In this document: piece by piece, positions 26,413-40,813 of the stretch
Layout of the letters: every line of letters begins with the position of its first letter
Position numbering within the stretch: the stretch's first letter is position 1
Assembly (NCBI RefSeq): GCF_963676685.1
Contig: NC_092350.1
Location: forward strand, 38,936,001 to 39,000,000
Reading direction: 5' to 3'
DNA: 64,000 nucleotides
From: Mytilus edulis
Taxonomy: Eukaryota
The notes under the pieces: model-generated
What the model was told of the DNA's origin: nothing
Database searches by the model: none
Seen by the model: the letters and a program-made list of their open reading frames with translations, nothing else
Program-made: the position numbers and the translations under genes

Positions 26413-28157
26413 TATATAGTCCATTTTAATATAAATTAAGAAACTATATTTATAAATTATAACAAAACTATGGTTTCAACTCCCGAAGGCAAAGTTGATC
26501 TTTGACTTCGATCATGGATTTGTCATTTTTTGTCCTTTTTGGTCATTCAGATTTTCAACTGTTTTGGTTCTTATAATCTTGGCTCAAACATATTTGGATG
26601 ATGGTAAAGAAATGCTTCGGATGCATAGAATATATTTGTTGTTCTTAATTTTTGAACATTGATAAAATACTGTTGCCTAAACTTTCGCATTATATTAATA
26701 AAGTATGTTTGGTCCATTGCAGTCAACAAATGTAATATCTTTTTTGTATCAATAAGCTAGAATGTACATAAGGTTGTAATTATTGAGCAATTTGTCACAG
26801 AGAGAAATCCATATGTTATTAACGAACGCATCAATGTGTGTGCATGTTTATTCAGGGATTGGCTAGACGTACAAGAACTGATATGAGTCTCTCACTATTG
26901 GTTGGTTTAACTTGGACAAGTTTATTTGTCGCAGGTTACATGTCCTCGAACAAATTGTCATTAGCCACAGCGAACAATTTCGTTTCGGAGCCTCGTACGT
27001 AGACTTTTCAAACTAGTTATAAGGTGTTTGAATTATCAGAACAACTATTTTGCATCGAATTTTACAAATGACTGTGTTGATTTACTCTACAAATGAACTT
27101 GATTTTGGACAGATGTTGTGTAGCGAACCATGTCCGTCGCAGCGTATATGGAAGTGAATAGTTAGCAGCACCATTTTTTAAATAGAAATTAAGTAAATGA
27201 CACCAACGCATGCATGCAGGTTAGGAAGATACATAAAATAGTTCAGCCTCATCGTGCATGGATTGTTGCATCAGATTTTCCGTATTTTGGAAAGCATGAA
27301 ATTTTCAAAGAATTTCTGCTATTTATTTCACAATTTGAACACTGATTTCAATCTGTGCTTATTGTGCGAAATATTTTACCGATCCGTGTCTTCACGCAAT
27401 CTCTTCATCTTACTAATTGTCCGACATTCACGATGAATTCTGGTGCAATTTACTATGCATAAACATGCGTGTTTTCCCTGGATCATTTACCGATAAAGAT
27501 TTCTGTAATATTCAATATTTTACTGTTATGCGAAAACGAATTCGATCTGGATTTTCAGCAAAAACAAAACGTTATCATTTTTTATTCGTTATTTTCGGTT
27601 ACAAATTTTGCAAAACATTTTCCCTCTCCTCAGTGATAATGGGAAATACTTTTAAAATCATCTTTTCGTTTGTTCAAACTTGTTATTTGTTATATATTTA
27701 TTTTGTACCACTATTTCTCATAAAGAAGCCTAAATAAAGATATATATAATCTCAATGAATTTAATTAATTGTGTGTTTACTTGACAATATCAGGGTACCA
27801 GTATCTATATTGCTAGACCCCTTTCCATCTCGTACTTTGAATGTTTGACCAATTTAGTATAATATTAAATATACTTGTATTTCAAAATTATCATGGGGCG
27901 TAATTTATATGCTAGCATATGTAAATGGGTAAAACTGTAATTGTTTTAGATGTGTTTGTGTTGTATTTTCGTAGTACTTTTTATAACAAATTCACTAAAA
28001 ATAAGAAGGAAAATTTAAATCAAGTGAAATAATATTGAAGACCGTATTTAAATCTTAATAAATACATTCTATAATAATGTTTATTTTTAGTTCAGGTAAA
28101 TGACCTTTCATCGTTTTAAAGTTTGTTATCAGGAAGTTTAAAATAAATGGAGAAAAT

Positions 28158-30290
28158 ATGGAGTCCTTTGATGCATTGAAAAGCGTTCTGAATTCATTTA
28201 CAGGGAAAGTCTGTACTAAAAAGGATATCAATACGGCACTTGAGCTGCTGGGTAAATCCATCAACGACTATACCAAAACTCTGGAAAAAAAGAGAATACT
28301 ACGTTATATCGACGTGAATGATGTGGATCCAAAATGGACAGTCATTGGGTCTGGTCATTTTGGATACGTATACGCCAGCAAATATGGGGGATCGAAGGTT
28401 GCTATCAAAATATTCAAAGACGAATCAAAATCAAAGATTCGAGAGGGAAAGATACTGCAGGACTTGAGCCATGAAAATATCATAGCATTTCGAGGAATTG
28501 GATACATCTCACAATCAAAAGCGAAAGAAAAAAAATTACAAGTAAGTGATTCAAATAATGAGGAAATGATGTTTCTAGTCATGGAGTATATAGATCAAAA
28601 CCTGTTAAAGTACGTAGATGGGATGAGAGTTCATGAAAGAAAAGGACTGCGTTACGATATGGTTTGGAGTATTGGACAGCAGATTATTAGTGCATTAAAC
28701 TATCTTCACAATTTGAACATTGCTCATAGAGATCTAAAACCGGATAACATTCTTTTGGAGGTAGGACCGAGAAGAATCGTCGTTAAGCTGGCAGACTTTG
28801 GGCTTGCAACTCACGGCAATGAAATAAACACAAATCCTCCACGTGATGAAAGAATGCCTTCATGTATCACTGGGTCCAGAGCCAGTTCAAGCGTTGCAAA
28901 TATACGATGGGGTGCACCTGAACTATTTGAAGAAACCCTAGGTCGGGAACGGTCATTAGAAGATTATAAAAAATCGGATATATATTGCTTTGGGAATGTA
29001 CTTACATTCATGTTGACCGGAGAACGACCTTATAGCAAAATGTCAACCAACGCACTATATGACACTGAGGATCATACGGATAACATATCAACTCCAGATT
29101 TACCGAAAACTCTATCTGGTCATTTGATGGATGCGATCATTGAGTGCCACAAAGAGATTCCAAAAGAAAGACCGAAAGCTTCAAACGTTTTGAAAGATTT
29201 CTTCAGTTTGGAAAATAATCCGTATCTTTTGCAGACTAACTCGGAAACTGAAGCAGATTTTTTCAGTTGTGGATTCATGGAGAAGACAGATATATTTGTT
29301 GCCGACTCATGTACTAACAGAGAGGCGTCACAGATGGGTTTCAATGATTCTGGAATCAGACCTACAGGATACGACCATTTGGATTTAAATTGTGTCATTG
29401 AAGTAAAACATGCGCCATATCGAGACAGACCAGATGAATGGGATCTTAATAAAGAATATACGGATAATTTGGACGAATTTATAACAATGGCAAAAAAGAA
29501 AGTAATAGATAACAATCCTACTGTAGCTTTGAAGGAGTTGACATTTGCAAGACCCGGTGAAGACGAAAATCAACTTATTGAATTCAAATTTAAAGAGTCT
29601 GATTATATTCACCACAGGGCTATGAGAAAAATATGGATTGATTTTTCAAATCAGCAAAAGGCTGAAGAACTTCCCTCGAAATCAAATGTACATCCATATT
29701 TTAGTAACACGTTTGGTCTTCATGTTGCAGTCCTTACAGATGAAGGTCCTGACAAACCACAGAAATTTTTATTTCCTCGTCGTGCTCAAAGAGAGGGAAT
29801 GGCTGCACCAGGGAAATTCACTTGTGGTGCCGTCGAAAGTGCATCGAAACCAGACTACAATTTACACAACGGTAAAACGTGTGTTGATTTAGTAAATACC
29901 GCAGCGCGTGGACTGAAAGAGGAACTCGGACTAGAACTCTCAGGAAGTGACTTAGATGCTATTTGCTTAACCACGGTTTACCTAAAATTTGACACCCATG
30001 AATGGGGACTATGTGGTTTTGTCGATTTGAAAGATAAAAGAATAGACCCAAAGCATAGAATAAGTGCCAATAGTTTGAAAGATATATTTAGCACTGGACC
30101 AAAAGATAAATTTGAACACCAAACGCTAAAGTTTATAGATTTTGATTTAAAAACAATGGTTGAATTCGTTTTCAATAACCATGAAGACTTTGCAAGCTCT
30201 GCAAAACTTGTAGTTGTGAAAGTTTTGCAAGCCTTCTATGGGTGGCAACGAGTACAACAAGAGTTTGAAATTATGCGCCATGGGAAATAG
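28158..30290 (+). CDS. Protein kinase (TKL-like/Ser-Thr) fused to a C-terminal Nudix-like domain; coding region in a single exon, 710 aa
   Basis: Kinase motifs GSGHFG, VAIK, alphaC Glu (IREGKIL), HRDLKPDN, DFG, RWGAPE, SDIYCFG and KERP lie at aa ~57-350. The C-terminal half has FGLHVAVLTD..FLFPRR..PGKFTCGAVE...AARGLKEELGL, a Nudix-box-like pattern. A splice acceptor (tttttag) at ~28090 lies just upstream of the ATG. Confidence 0.9.
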   Translation: MESFDALKSVLNSFTGKVCTKKDINTALELLGKSINDYTKTLEKKRILRYIDVNDVDPKWTVIGSGHFGYVYASKYGGSKVAIKIFKDESKSKIREGKILQDLSHENIIAFRGIGYISQSKAKEKKLQVSDSNNEEMMFLVMEYIDQNLLKYVDGMRVHERKGLRYDMVWSIGQQIISALNYLHNLNIAHRDLKPDNILLEVGPRRIVVKLADFGLATHGNEINTNPPRDERMPSCITGSRASSSVANIRWGAPELFEETLGRERSLEDYKKSDIYCFGNVLTFMLTGERPYSKMSTNALYDTEDHTDNISTPDLPKTLSGHLMDAIIECHKEIPKERPKASNVLKDFFSLENNPYLLQTNSETEADFFSCGFMEKTDIFVADSCTNREASQMGFNDSGIRPTGYDHLDLNCVIEVKHAPYRDRPDEWDLNKEYTDNLDEFITMAKKKVIDNNPTVALKELTFARPGEDENQLIEFKFKESDYIHHRAMRKIWIDFSNQQKAEELPSKSNVHPYFSNTFGLHVAVLTDEGPDKPQKFLFPRRAQREGMAAPGKFTCGAVESASKPDYNLHNGKTCVDLVNTAARGLKEELGLELSGSDLDAICLTTVYLKFDTHEWGLCGFVDLKDKRIDPKHRISANSLKDIFSTGPKDKFEHQTLKFIDFDLKTMVEFVFNNHEDFASSAKLVVVKVLQAFYGWQRVQQEFEIMRHGK

Positions 30291-33200
30291 AACTTTTAAT
30301 TTAATCGTGTATATTTCAATGTACTTTCGTTTTAATGGATACACAAATTCGTAAAACAAATCATGTTATAACACTCTATCTGAATTTAGTTTAATATAAA
30401 AAAAAATGGAGATTTGCTTGCCTGTAAAATAACTAGTTAACTGTAGATATATATCTGTTTCTTTTTCAACAACATACCTCTCCTCCAGATTTTTTAAGAT
30501 TTGCATTTTTGTACACATTTCAACAAATACTACGTATTGTGAACGAACAGAATTCCGAGCAAGACAAGTATTAAATAGATAACATTTTGTATATCAACAT
30601 GTATATACACTTCATGATACTCATAAGTATACACCCTTTATTCTTCCGAACAGATTTTTTTTTTATCAGGGAACCTAGAGAGTCGGTTTGCCCTTGGTAA
30701 CTTTTTTTTAAACGAAGCCTCCAAGTACGGAGTCCGGCAAACAAATATTGCCATCATGTCCTATTCATTTTCACCGCCTGCGAAGTTATTGTGTAGGAAG
30801 GTGGTAAATTCTAGAGTGTCTGCTTTAAGGAAATCACACTATTGTTTATACGAATCGATTCGCTCTCGGCGCCGCTATAGTGTCGTGACTGTATTATGAC
30901 GTCGCCGTTTTCGAGTCCGTCGCAAAGGCTGCTAATTTATAAAAATAGTGAGCCGCTCAAAGGGACGTTCCACTAAAGCAGGAAAATGATAATGAACATA
31001 TCATGTTTTTCACAACTGTGATAATTAGATTAAAAATACATTTCCATAAGGAAGGGTCTGATTGTATTGGGGTTTACGGAATACAGAATAATGGTTAATA
31101 CTGCAGAATAAATTGCAAAAAAAAAGAAGAAAAGATAAGAGAATGATGAGGTGCTAAAATATAAAGAATAAAAAATATTGGTAACACAAACTAAATATTA
31201 ATAAATGAATGACCCTCTATCCAGACCCTTATGATAAAAAGAACATATCAATTCAAAACACATAATCATCATGCATAATCAACACTAAGAACGTTGGAAA
31301 TTCATAGCATATTCAATATAATTTAGTACCCTCTCGAACCATTTTCTCGAAAACAAAGTCGGTAACATATACTTTTTTTCGGCAGCGTATCGTCGCGATG
31401 TGGTATGTAGGGTTCAGTGTATATTTCCGGGGGGAGGGGAGGGGAGGGGGATATTAATAGATCAAGAGTAACAGCATGTTAGCGTATAGCTTCTGGAATC
31501 TGTAGTTTTCTTTTCATCAGAGTGTTGTAAAAAAGAACAATGAGTTTCGACTTTCATTTTTTTTCATATCACATGCCGGAAACGTCATAACTATAGTCTT
31601 CTATGCTACATGTATAAATAATTCATCCAAAATCTCATTTCATATTTGTATTTATCTGGCTCAGCCTATCGGGTAAATACAAAGCAGGGTCAAAATTAAT
31701 ATGTTCTAGTTCTGAATATATGCATTAAACTTGCCACTGGACGTAAATTATGTTTGAAGTGCTATTTGAAATCGTTATTTATTTCACATGTGACGACAGA
31801 AATTATCAAAGTGTCTTCCATCGTTCCCAAATTTTCCTTTGACATCTTACGCCTCTTACTTTTTTTTTCTTCTTTTTTTTGTGGGGGGGGGGGGGGGGGG
31901 GGGGGAGGGGGAGCATGGAAATGAGTTATTCGTATCTATTAATCATGTCTATTGATATATTAAACGTTAATAAGATAACGCTAGTTGAAAAACATCCAAA
32001 ACTTTACATCGGTTGCTGGCTGTCGAAGTCAAAGAAAATTTAGCACCGTATTATATTGTACATGTTGCTCAATCTTTCTTTAATGCTTAAAGTTTGTTCA
32101 GGCTAACGGCTAACATAATTTTGGCACAAAAATAAATCATATTTTGTTGTATTTCTTTAAACTGTCGTTGACGCACTGTAGGACCAGCAAGTTAAAAATA
32201 AGGCCTCTATAGACGTCAAATAATCTGGGAATATCAAACACTATGCCTAGTTTTATATTTTGGTACTATTGATTAACTACAACAACAATAAAATGCTTCA
32301 CTGAGAGCAGCCTGATACGCCCGCAGATGTTGAACCATGAACAGTTTGGGCACGTTTGGACACAATATTCAAGCTTGATACTGTCTGAGTTTGGATTGTG
32401 ATCATCAAATTTTTGACATAATAGAGGTTTCTGACACAAAATATATGTGGTCGAAGGTCATAAAAAACTATTGTGCGAAATATGACACCAAAGTTTCATG
32501 AGAACTGCTGAAAGCAATATTGAGTTGTTGTCCGAAAACGGAAAATCCCCCTTTTATAATGAATAAAACCCTATAACTCGGAAACATAAAATCTAAAATT
32601 CATAAAAAACGAAAGGGAGCTCACGTCAATAGATATAAACAATTCACCAAAGTTTTATGTCAATTGGTTAAAGCGTTCGACATGATGACGACGGACGGGC
32701 AGACGGACAACGATATACCATAATATGTCCCGTAAACGAGCGTATACAAATTTAACACGTACTATACATTTGGCTTTAAAAGTCTTAGACTACATCAATA
32801 GAAATATTTAACACACACACACACACACATGTATTTATGTAGAGTTACACGTCTTAAGAGTACTGCTAAATAGTAACAAACACATTAATGGTCCGTCTGG
32901 TGAAAGAATATTCCACTCATATAGACAAATGTTTTGTGCTGATGTTTATGTAATATTTGCAACTGAAAGTTTGGCAAAATTCAAGAAAACAATGGAGAAA
33001 AGGAAAAACCCAAAACAAGTAATAATAGTTCAGATGTAGGTTCGTGTTCAGATCACTTGGCTGTAGACAGTGACACAGTGAGATTGTCGGATTCCGACCA
33101 TGACTGAAAAGGTCAACCAGTTGTTTTAATACAAAGGTAGCTGATTAGCTCTTGATTCTTCGGTTCTTTTGAGAGAAAAAAAAAAATGCCCAATATGATA

Positions 33201-34795
33201 TAGCAGAGAGTGATTAAATTGGCACACAGATTCAATCAGTTATTTTTAAATTAACTATGATTAATCAGTATTGGCAAAAAAAAGTACATATACCGTAATA
33301 AAAGATAAATGTAATAAAAGAATATACATTTAAAGAAAAAGACGTGCACCCACAGAAAACTAGAAACTGCAATCTTAGTAATTTACTCTTAATTTCATCG
33401 GATCTCAAAGTTTTAACTCTTACCAGAATTTTTACTCTATCTAACAGTATAACTCGGAAGTTTTTAAGTGTAAGTCGAGCTTTGATTAGAACTCGTACTG
33501 GAATAAATGTTCGAAATCAAAATAAAACTCGAACTTTAACTCAAAATTTCACTGAAAGTCGAACTTACGTTGGTGCGATTATGGAGCGTTATGTAATTAC
33601 GGAAATGTTAACCAATTTAAATTTCTTCCGAAAATGGTGTCGTTAAGGGCTTTTTTAAAAGTGCCGAGTTTGTGGCTTTTTAATACAGCATTTCAGGTTT
33701 TATCTTGTGCGAATGGACAAGTTAGTGAATTTATTCTGTTTGTAGTCTAAATGGAACGTGTTACTTTTCAGCCCGGATACCCTCAGTATTCTGAAGTAGA
33801 AGATTCTAAATCTGTAAATCCGGATCCGTAAATTATTTAAATACGGCATGAGGCAGACATTCGTTTTCCCTATACAACAAATGCAATTAAAAAATTCAGA
33901 TGACTTCAACTTTGACAATTACTTTATAATAGACTGTATGTAATGTTAAAACGTTTCATTAGATTGATAAAAATATCAATTAATAATCGAAATACCTTGA
34001 AAAAATGTTATTATATTTTGTAGTGAAAAGGTTTAAGTCAACCCAATAGTTCCAAGCATTGCAAGAAATGCTCCTATGTTAGCAACGTCGTTCTCTCAGC
34101 GTTTGTTATATAGTTCCCGCCAAAAATCGATAATAAGATTATTTCCGTTTTAGCGGATTTAAAACATCGGTGACCCCCCTTTTTTATTTATGCTTTTAAA
34201 ATCTCCCCTGAAGCTGCAACTTATGCAGAAGTTTGAAGGAAAAAACATTAGTAGATTTTTTTTATTTCAAGAAAAATCTATAATAAATAGAAATTAAAAA
34301 TGGCGGGAAATGTTCAAAGGCCTTGAAAAATAAGGAAACTGAGAAAAATAAATGTGCATAAGGTAAAAGTTACAATTGAATGTTTTAGTTTTACCAGTTA
34401 AAGATCGTTTTTCAATAATTTCGCCTTCAATTAGCAACTTAGAGCGCTATTTCTATATTTCGTTATAACGCGATTCTTTACTTTTTGATGACGTCATATC
34501 TCGATAACAACATCGGTGACCCCAATTTTTTTTCCGCCTAAAATGTTGTAGATATGATCTGTATGAAGTATGATCTGTCTGCATGCAAAATTTCAATAAA
34601 TTATTATTAGTAGTATAAATAGTGTGATTTCCCTTTAAGGAGATTTGGAAAACTTACCTCAAACTCTTTATCATGTCCATGTTTTATGAATATGATCTCA
34701 TTAATACTGAAGTATATGTCACTTACGTCGTGTCATTAGTTCTTGGCCTCATTTTCACAATTTTGTAGTTAAGGTTAAAGGACTCCTCAGTAAAT

Positions 34796-35021
34796 GAGGC
34801 CCCTCATGGGGGGGGGGCCTAGTAATCACATAATCACCATTTTTTGCCAATATAATCACATAATCATTAAATATTTGCTTATCTTTAGTAATCAAATAAT
34901 CATAAACTAAAAATACAGTCCTAGGTAATCAAATAATCATGAAATATTTGGCTTAATAATCAAATAATCATTAAAAAAACGGCCAAGTAATCACATAATC
35001 AAAAACCCCATGAGGGCCCTC
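34796..35021. mobile_element. MITE with 6-bp TSD
   Basis: TIRs gaggcccctcatgggg / ccccatgagggccctc are flanked by the direct repeat gtaaat (34790-34795, 35022-35027). The interior is built from repeated taatca(c/a)ataatca units. Confidence 0.8.
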
Positions 35022-38000
35022 GTAAATATGCGATGTTATTATTGTATGTGTTTATAAATACGTCTTTCATACAGAAGAAATTCTGCAGATGTCAACCTTG
35101 TTTTCCTTACTTAAGATTAATTCAAAGCAGGTCATTCGGATATTTTTATGCCCCACCTACGATAGTAGAGGGGCATTATGTTTTCTTGTCTGTGCGTCCG
35201 TTCGTCCGTCGTACCGTTCGTCCGTCTGTCCCGCTTCAGGTTAAAGTTTTTGGTCAAGGTAGTCAGTGGCGTAGCTTGCATGTATGCTCAGATGCTCAAG
35301 CATCCACATCATTTTGACAAAAAAAAACCAAAAAAAAACAGCAGTTCAACTCAGAAGTATCCAAATGTAACAAAGCTGAGGATATGAGGATAACGTATAG
35401 TCCTTTTCGAAGCAGTATGCCTGGTTTTTCATTTAGGATAATTTAGTTTATGTAAACAAGTTAGTTCAATCGCAGAATAGTGTTTCAAGTTAACTTTTGT
35501 TCGTAAAAAAAAGTCCACGTCATCGGCTAAGGCAAGCGGAGAGAATGATGATACACAGACCAGTGGACATGTTTCATCTGAAATTGAACCTAGTGGAGTG
35601 ATGGCTTCTCATCTGACTATAGCGACTAACAACTTAAACACCATATCCTGATATCTTTTCTTGTGACATGGTCAACGACGTGATAAAAAAAAATCAATTT
35701 GTAATAGATCGTGATAATTCCTAGGCTTATGAATTCCCGTTTCTATCTAGGTGCAAATACTAATTTTTTTTCAATTAAAGAACAAAGTTCCAATGTTCCC
35801 CGCCATACACATTACATGTCATATTTTATCTATCAAAGGGAATAACTAAAAAAACCCACTTTTTTCTTTTTCTTTTTTATTTTCAATATCTTAAGAGAAA
35901 TAAAAGCTTCACAGCAAATGAAATGGGATTTCCATTACAATTTATATTCAAAGTTAAAAATATTTGATTACGACTTATGTTCGAAAGTGTCAAAGACATT
36001 GCTGATGATATAAGTTTCACTAAATCTGGCAAGAATTGTACACATGAAAGTGATAACAAGACCGGACGGTCGGACGCCCGGTATTTTTATGTCTCCTGCA
36101 ACGCGTTTAGCTAATCAAAAATTAAAAAAAAACCAAGGTTGTAGACTCAAGTTCCTGGGAATGGGAGTCACTTCAGTTCCTATATTCCAAAGTTTCTCAA
36201 TTATACAAAAGTGTCGCTGTAAAGAAGTCCGTTTTTGATATGTCAAATATAAGATTGGGTGGGAAACTTTTACATAAAATATTTATGAATTGAATGATGG
36301 TAGTTTCGAGGAAACAATAATAGTTATCAAAGGTACCAGGATTATAATTTAGTACGCCAGACGCTTGAAAATATCAATATATGAATTGGTGGGTATTTTG
36401 AACTTAAACAAAAATCTAACTAGTGTCGGATTCTGGGGGAGTACATGTGCTTAAATAAAAAATAATTTTCCGCATGTTTGTAGAGCCTACCTATCATTTG
36501 ATGTTCTTTAAATGTGTCTATCTATTATAAATTCAGATTGCCAGGTTTTTATTTTTGCAAATAATGCTACTTGATTAGTATTGCATTCTGGAATTGTTTC
36601 TTAATACAAATTTTCTTGAAATTGCAATAATTAATTTCGCACTTTTGTCCATTCTTCAAAAAAAGCACTTTTCAATCATTTCATAATTTCAATAGCTCTT
36701 TAAGCTTGCAAAGTATTAGGCTAAAAAACAAAAATTACGAATACATGGCAGTAACACCAATTAGTCAATTGCTGATTTTGGCCATAAGTATTATTTGTAG
36801 TCTCTTGCTTATCTTTTTTGTAATTGAAAATGTGTATCTATTTAGTATAGTTTTCGAGATAATAAACAAAAACACTAAATATGGGTAAAAGAGAGGCAAA
36901 TGATACTAAAGGGATATATTCAAATAAAAGTAAAATTCATCATTTATGAGCAATTACTTCCATAAGATAATGTCAGTCATATTGACTTGTTTGAAGATCT
37001 TGTCTTGCTGGTCACTTTTGCTTATTTCAGTTTTTATCTATCCATCTATCATTGTTATTAGATATTTTGTAAAAACGCAAAACAAATGTCATTAAAGGGC
37101 AGTAACTCTAGTTACATTACCCAAATGATTATTATGGCCATGTTTGATTCGATTTGGCCTATCATTTTCAGAGAAGATTTGTGTAATAGTTTACAGATGA
37201 CAACAGATGATGAACAACAAGTGATGAGAATAACAAGTGATGAGAACAACAAAAATCCAATGTAATCTTTAATCTTTTTACCTTTATTACACTTGTTGAA
37301 AATAAAAGGAAAAACAACAAAAACAATGATTCCATTCAATTTATTTGATTGAGAAAATCAAGTACCACAACCATGTGCAATACATCAATGAAAATTTTAT
37401 GTTCCTTCATAAACATTCTCTTAAAACAAGGTAAAATTATAACATAAAACATAATTAATAAAAATTCTACATGTTACTCTTTTAAAAAGTTTTTTTTATT
37501 CAGAACTGATTCAGAAATGAATGCAGTTGGGGTTGGTGCACACTTTTTTCTATACCTCATCATGCAAAAAAAAGAATCATATGTTCGAAAATTGATATTC
37601 AGAAACTGAAATAATCTATCAAATTAGCACAATACAATTATATTTGAACATCAGCATTCTTTCTTACTGACATAAAAGTGTCAAATATTGAAATGAACTA
37701 AAACAAAACTTTTTGCTTCAATTTGTCATTGCATGGTAATTACAAGAAAACAGGAAATAGATTTGTTTGTCTAACTTTCTATTAAGGTCATCAGATCTGT
37801 AAAAATGTTTCAAAGTATTTATCCATTATTTACATAACCACCTCTGCAGTCAGCAAAAACATGGTAAAAGATTACCCTTGACCGGATGATATCTATGAAC
37901 CATGACAGATTTTTTTGTTTACTTCAAGAACAAAAATCATATTTTCAAATTGTAATCCAGTGGTTCAATTTAGTGATTAATGATTTTTTTCCAAAAAATT

Positions 38001-40813
38001 ACCATCGACTGAACATATCTGAGAATCAGGACAAAAACTTGTGTATGTTTTAATAAACATAGAATATTGAAATATATTACTAATTGAAAGTTAAACTTAA
38101 GCTATTTTCCTAATGCTTGTAATTTAAAGGTTTGGTTGGCTTGCTTGTTAAGTTACTATGTTTGTATAAATGTTTGCTGAAGGATTGAAATAAAGATTGA
38201 AATCTGCAATCAAAAGATAGGCATAGCTTCAGCATAGCTTCATATACTTTAAAACATCTAATTACATCTATGAGTATAATGTATACAACCTGTAGCTCCA
38301 CCTACCTATCGATTTCAGATGTCAATCTTAATTACAATGCTTGAGCAAACATTTATACAAACAAAGCAAGCCAACCAAACCTTAAAAATACAAACATTAT
38401 GAAAATAACTCTAAAATACTCTACAATGCTGATTTCTTTCTCCTCTGTCAAAACATATGTATATACTAAACTAACAATTTTAGCTATTCTACTTCACTCT
38501 CTCTCTTTATCATTTTATTTTTCTGACAACAGGTTTACCATTTAGTTAAATCTTTTAAAAACACTCACAAAAATAGCACTTAATTTGAGTTTTCTTATCA
38601 ATAGGGTAGCTTTGTCATGCTGGTTAACCCTTGTATAAAATTAATACTTATAAACAAATTATCAATACTTTACAAATTACAATAGAAAGTTTATAATTTA
38701 TTGGTAGATTTCATTAAAATTTATTGCTTTTAATTTTGGTATCCTATCCATAAAATAGAAGACAGATATTAATTTTATATTTCCATTAAATAAAAAATAG
38801 CAGAAAATGTTTTTTTCAAATAAGAGTTCATATGTGAAAAGTCAAACTGTCCAGAAACAGATGCAAAAATGAAACATTACATAAAAATATCATGAACAGC
38901 TATCCTTGTTTTACTCCTTAAAAAAGTAAACATATAAAATATTTGTATATAATTTTCTATAGTTACTACAATCTTTCTTTTTGTTTTATACTAACTAAGC
39001 CCCTTTAACAAATTATGACATTAATGCACCAACTCTAATAACCAGCCATTTTCTCGAATTATACAATAACAAATAAACACTAAGTCTTTCATCCACACTG
39101 ATATTCATACAGCTCCATCTATGTAAAGAGCAAACAATTGTATTTTTCATTACCCTAAACATGAATCTAAATTCAGCAAATGTTACAATGTAAATTCAAA
39201 AATTATTGCATGTTTTTATTAATGCAAATAAAGCAACTTGGTGATTTTGGCAATATTTTAAGAACATGCATTCTGATATCAGGAGTTGATTTCACAAAAA
39301 GACTTAGGACTAAGATTGATTGAATTCATGAACAATTCAGTATACTTACAATCAATTTTAGTCGTAAGTTTCTTTGTGAAACTGACTCCAGATACATATA
39401 TCCACATGAAGCTCTTCCTGAAATCACAATAATAAATCTACCATTTTAGATCCGTCTTCAGAAATATCATTAATAAATGCATACAATAATTTCTGATTTT
39501 ACAGTATTTCCCAGCAGAAAACATGATGTATGTATAATAATTTTCACATACAATCACAACAAAGAGCACCAAATATAAACTAACTAATGATGATCATCTA
39601 TAATTAGATTGCAATGATTCTATTTATAACGTTTACAGCATGTCAGGTTTTCCAATTTAATAGTTCAATTACATAATTATACAGGTACTTTCCACCAAAT
39701 AACATCAATATCAATGTACACCAAGAAGTTAAATTTTAACCTTGATGTTTTACTCTCCCTCCTTGGATTGTATCAACACTGTCAATCAAGGTTTTCAAAG
39801 TCTTGGTGACAAAGCTGAACCATTATTCAAACATTATGGGGGGTCTGTATGCCTACCTCAGTCATGGCAAAAATTCAGTATGTTGATTTGGCCATTATCC
39901 AGTTGAAGCACTTTAACCAACTGATATTATTTGATAGTTTCAACTTTATAAACATGCTGATTAAACATAGAAGGCCTATAAAGAATGCTGTAAAATTTTA
40001 CAAAGTGTAGGAAATATAACAGATAATATGACATATCTAAGTAAACAAAACAAAATTGTGACTGTCCTTTGAAAGTAAACAAGAAAAACTAAATACATCA
40101 CAAGCATCAACTAAATGTATATGCAATGTCATTCATACTCCTGAACTGTTTCAGGGATAAATATAGAGGATGGAATAAAAATTATCTTTATTTAATCTAG
40201 ATTTATACTATATCAAAAGTTAAACTTTTAAAACATGCTGTAAAATAAACTTCCATAGGAAGAATGTCACTCATAAAAGCATCTTCCGTGAATGTCTTTC
40301 CTAGAACATCACATAGTTCTAAATCTAAATCACTAACAATTATTAATCAGCATAAAAATAAGGAGATGTGGTATGATTGCAGATGAGACAATGTTGAAGT
40401 TGATGCAAGCAGTTATAAGATCTTATAATCAAACTCATTAATAAGTTATGATTCATTAACATTTTTTTCTAAAAGCAATATTTAATACAAGTATTTCATT
40501 ACAAATTCAGATAATGTAATATCATTTATCCAACAGCAAAATTATAACTGTACAAAAAGGCAAACTTCTAAACATCATTGTATATATAAAATGAAAAAAT
40601 CAATTTACAATGGATGGACTAGATAATAACACAAAAATGTCTTTCTTGCAAAATTCCTGAATGACTGCCCTAAGTCAAAAATATCATTTCAAGCAATATA
40701 AAATTATTAAATTTTTTTTGATGAATTTTAAAGTCAATTTTGAAAACCTCAAAGCATAGAATGATGAACCTGCTTTGATAAAAAAAAAGTTTAAAGTAAA
40801 AGATTGTTTCTAG

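Noticed and set aside
27240-27740. Possible decayed coding sequence upstream of the kinase gene
   Set aside because: The minus-strand frame I translated has many stops, and neither it nor the short plus-strand ORFs show a recognisable motif.
29120-29515. 131-aa minus-strand ORF and other short ORFs within 28055-30359
   Set aside because: Shadows of the kinase-Nudix CDS.
31883-31912. Poly-G run and GGGGA repeats (also ~31428-31450) as functional G-quadruplexes
   Set aside because: Simple homopolymer tracts with no supporting context.
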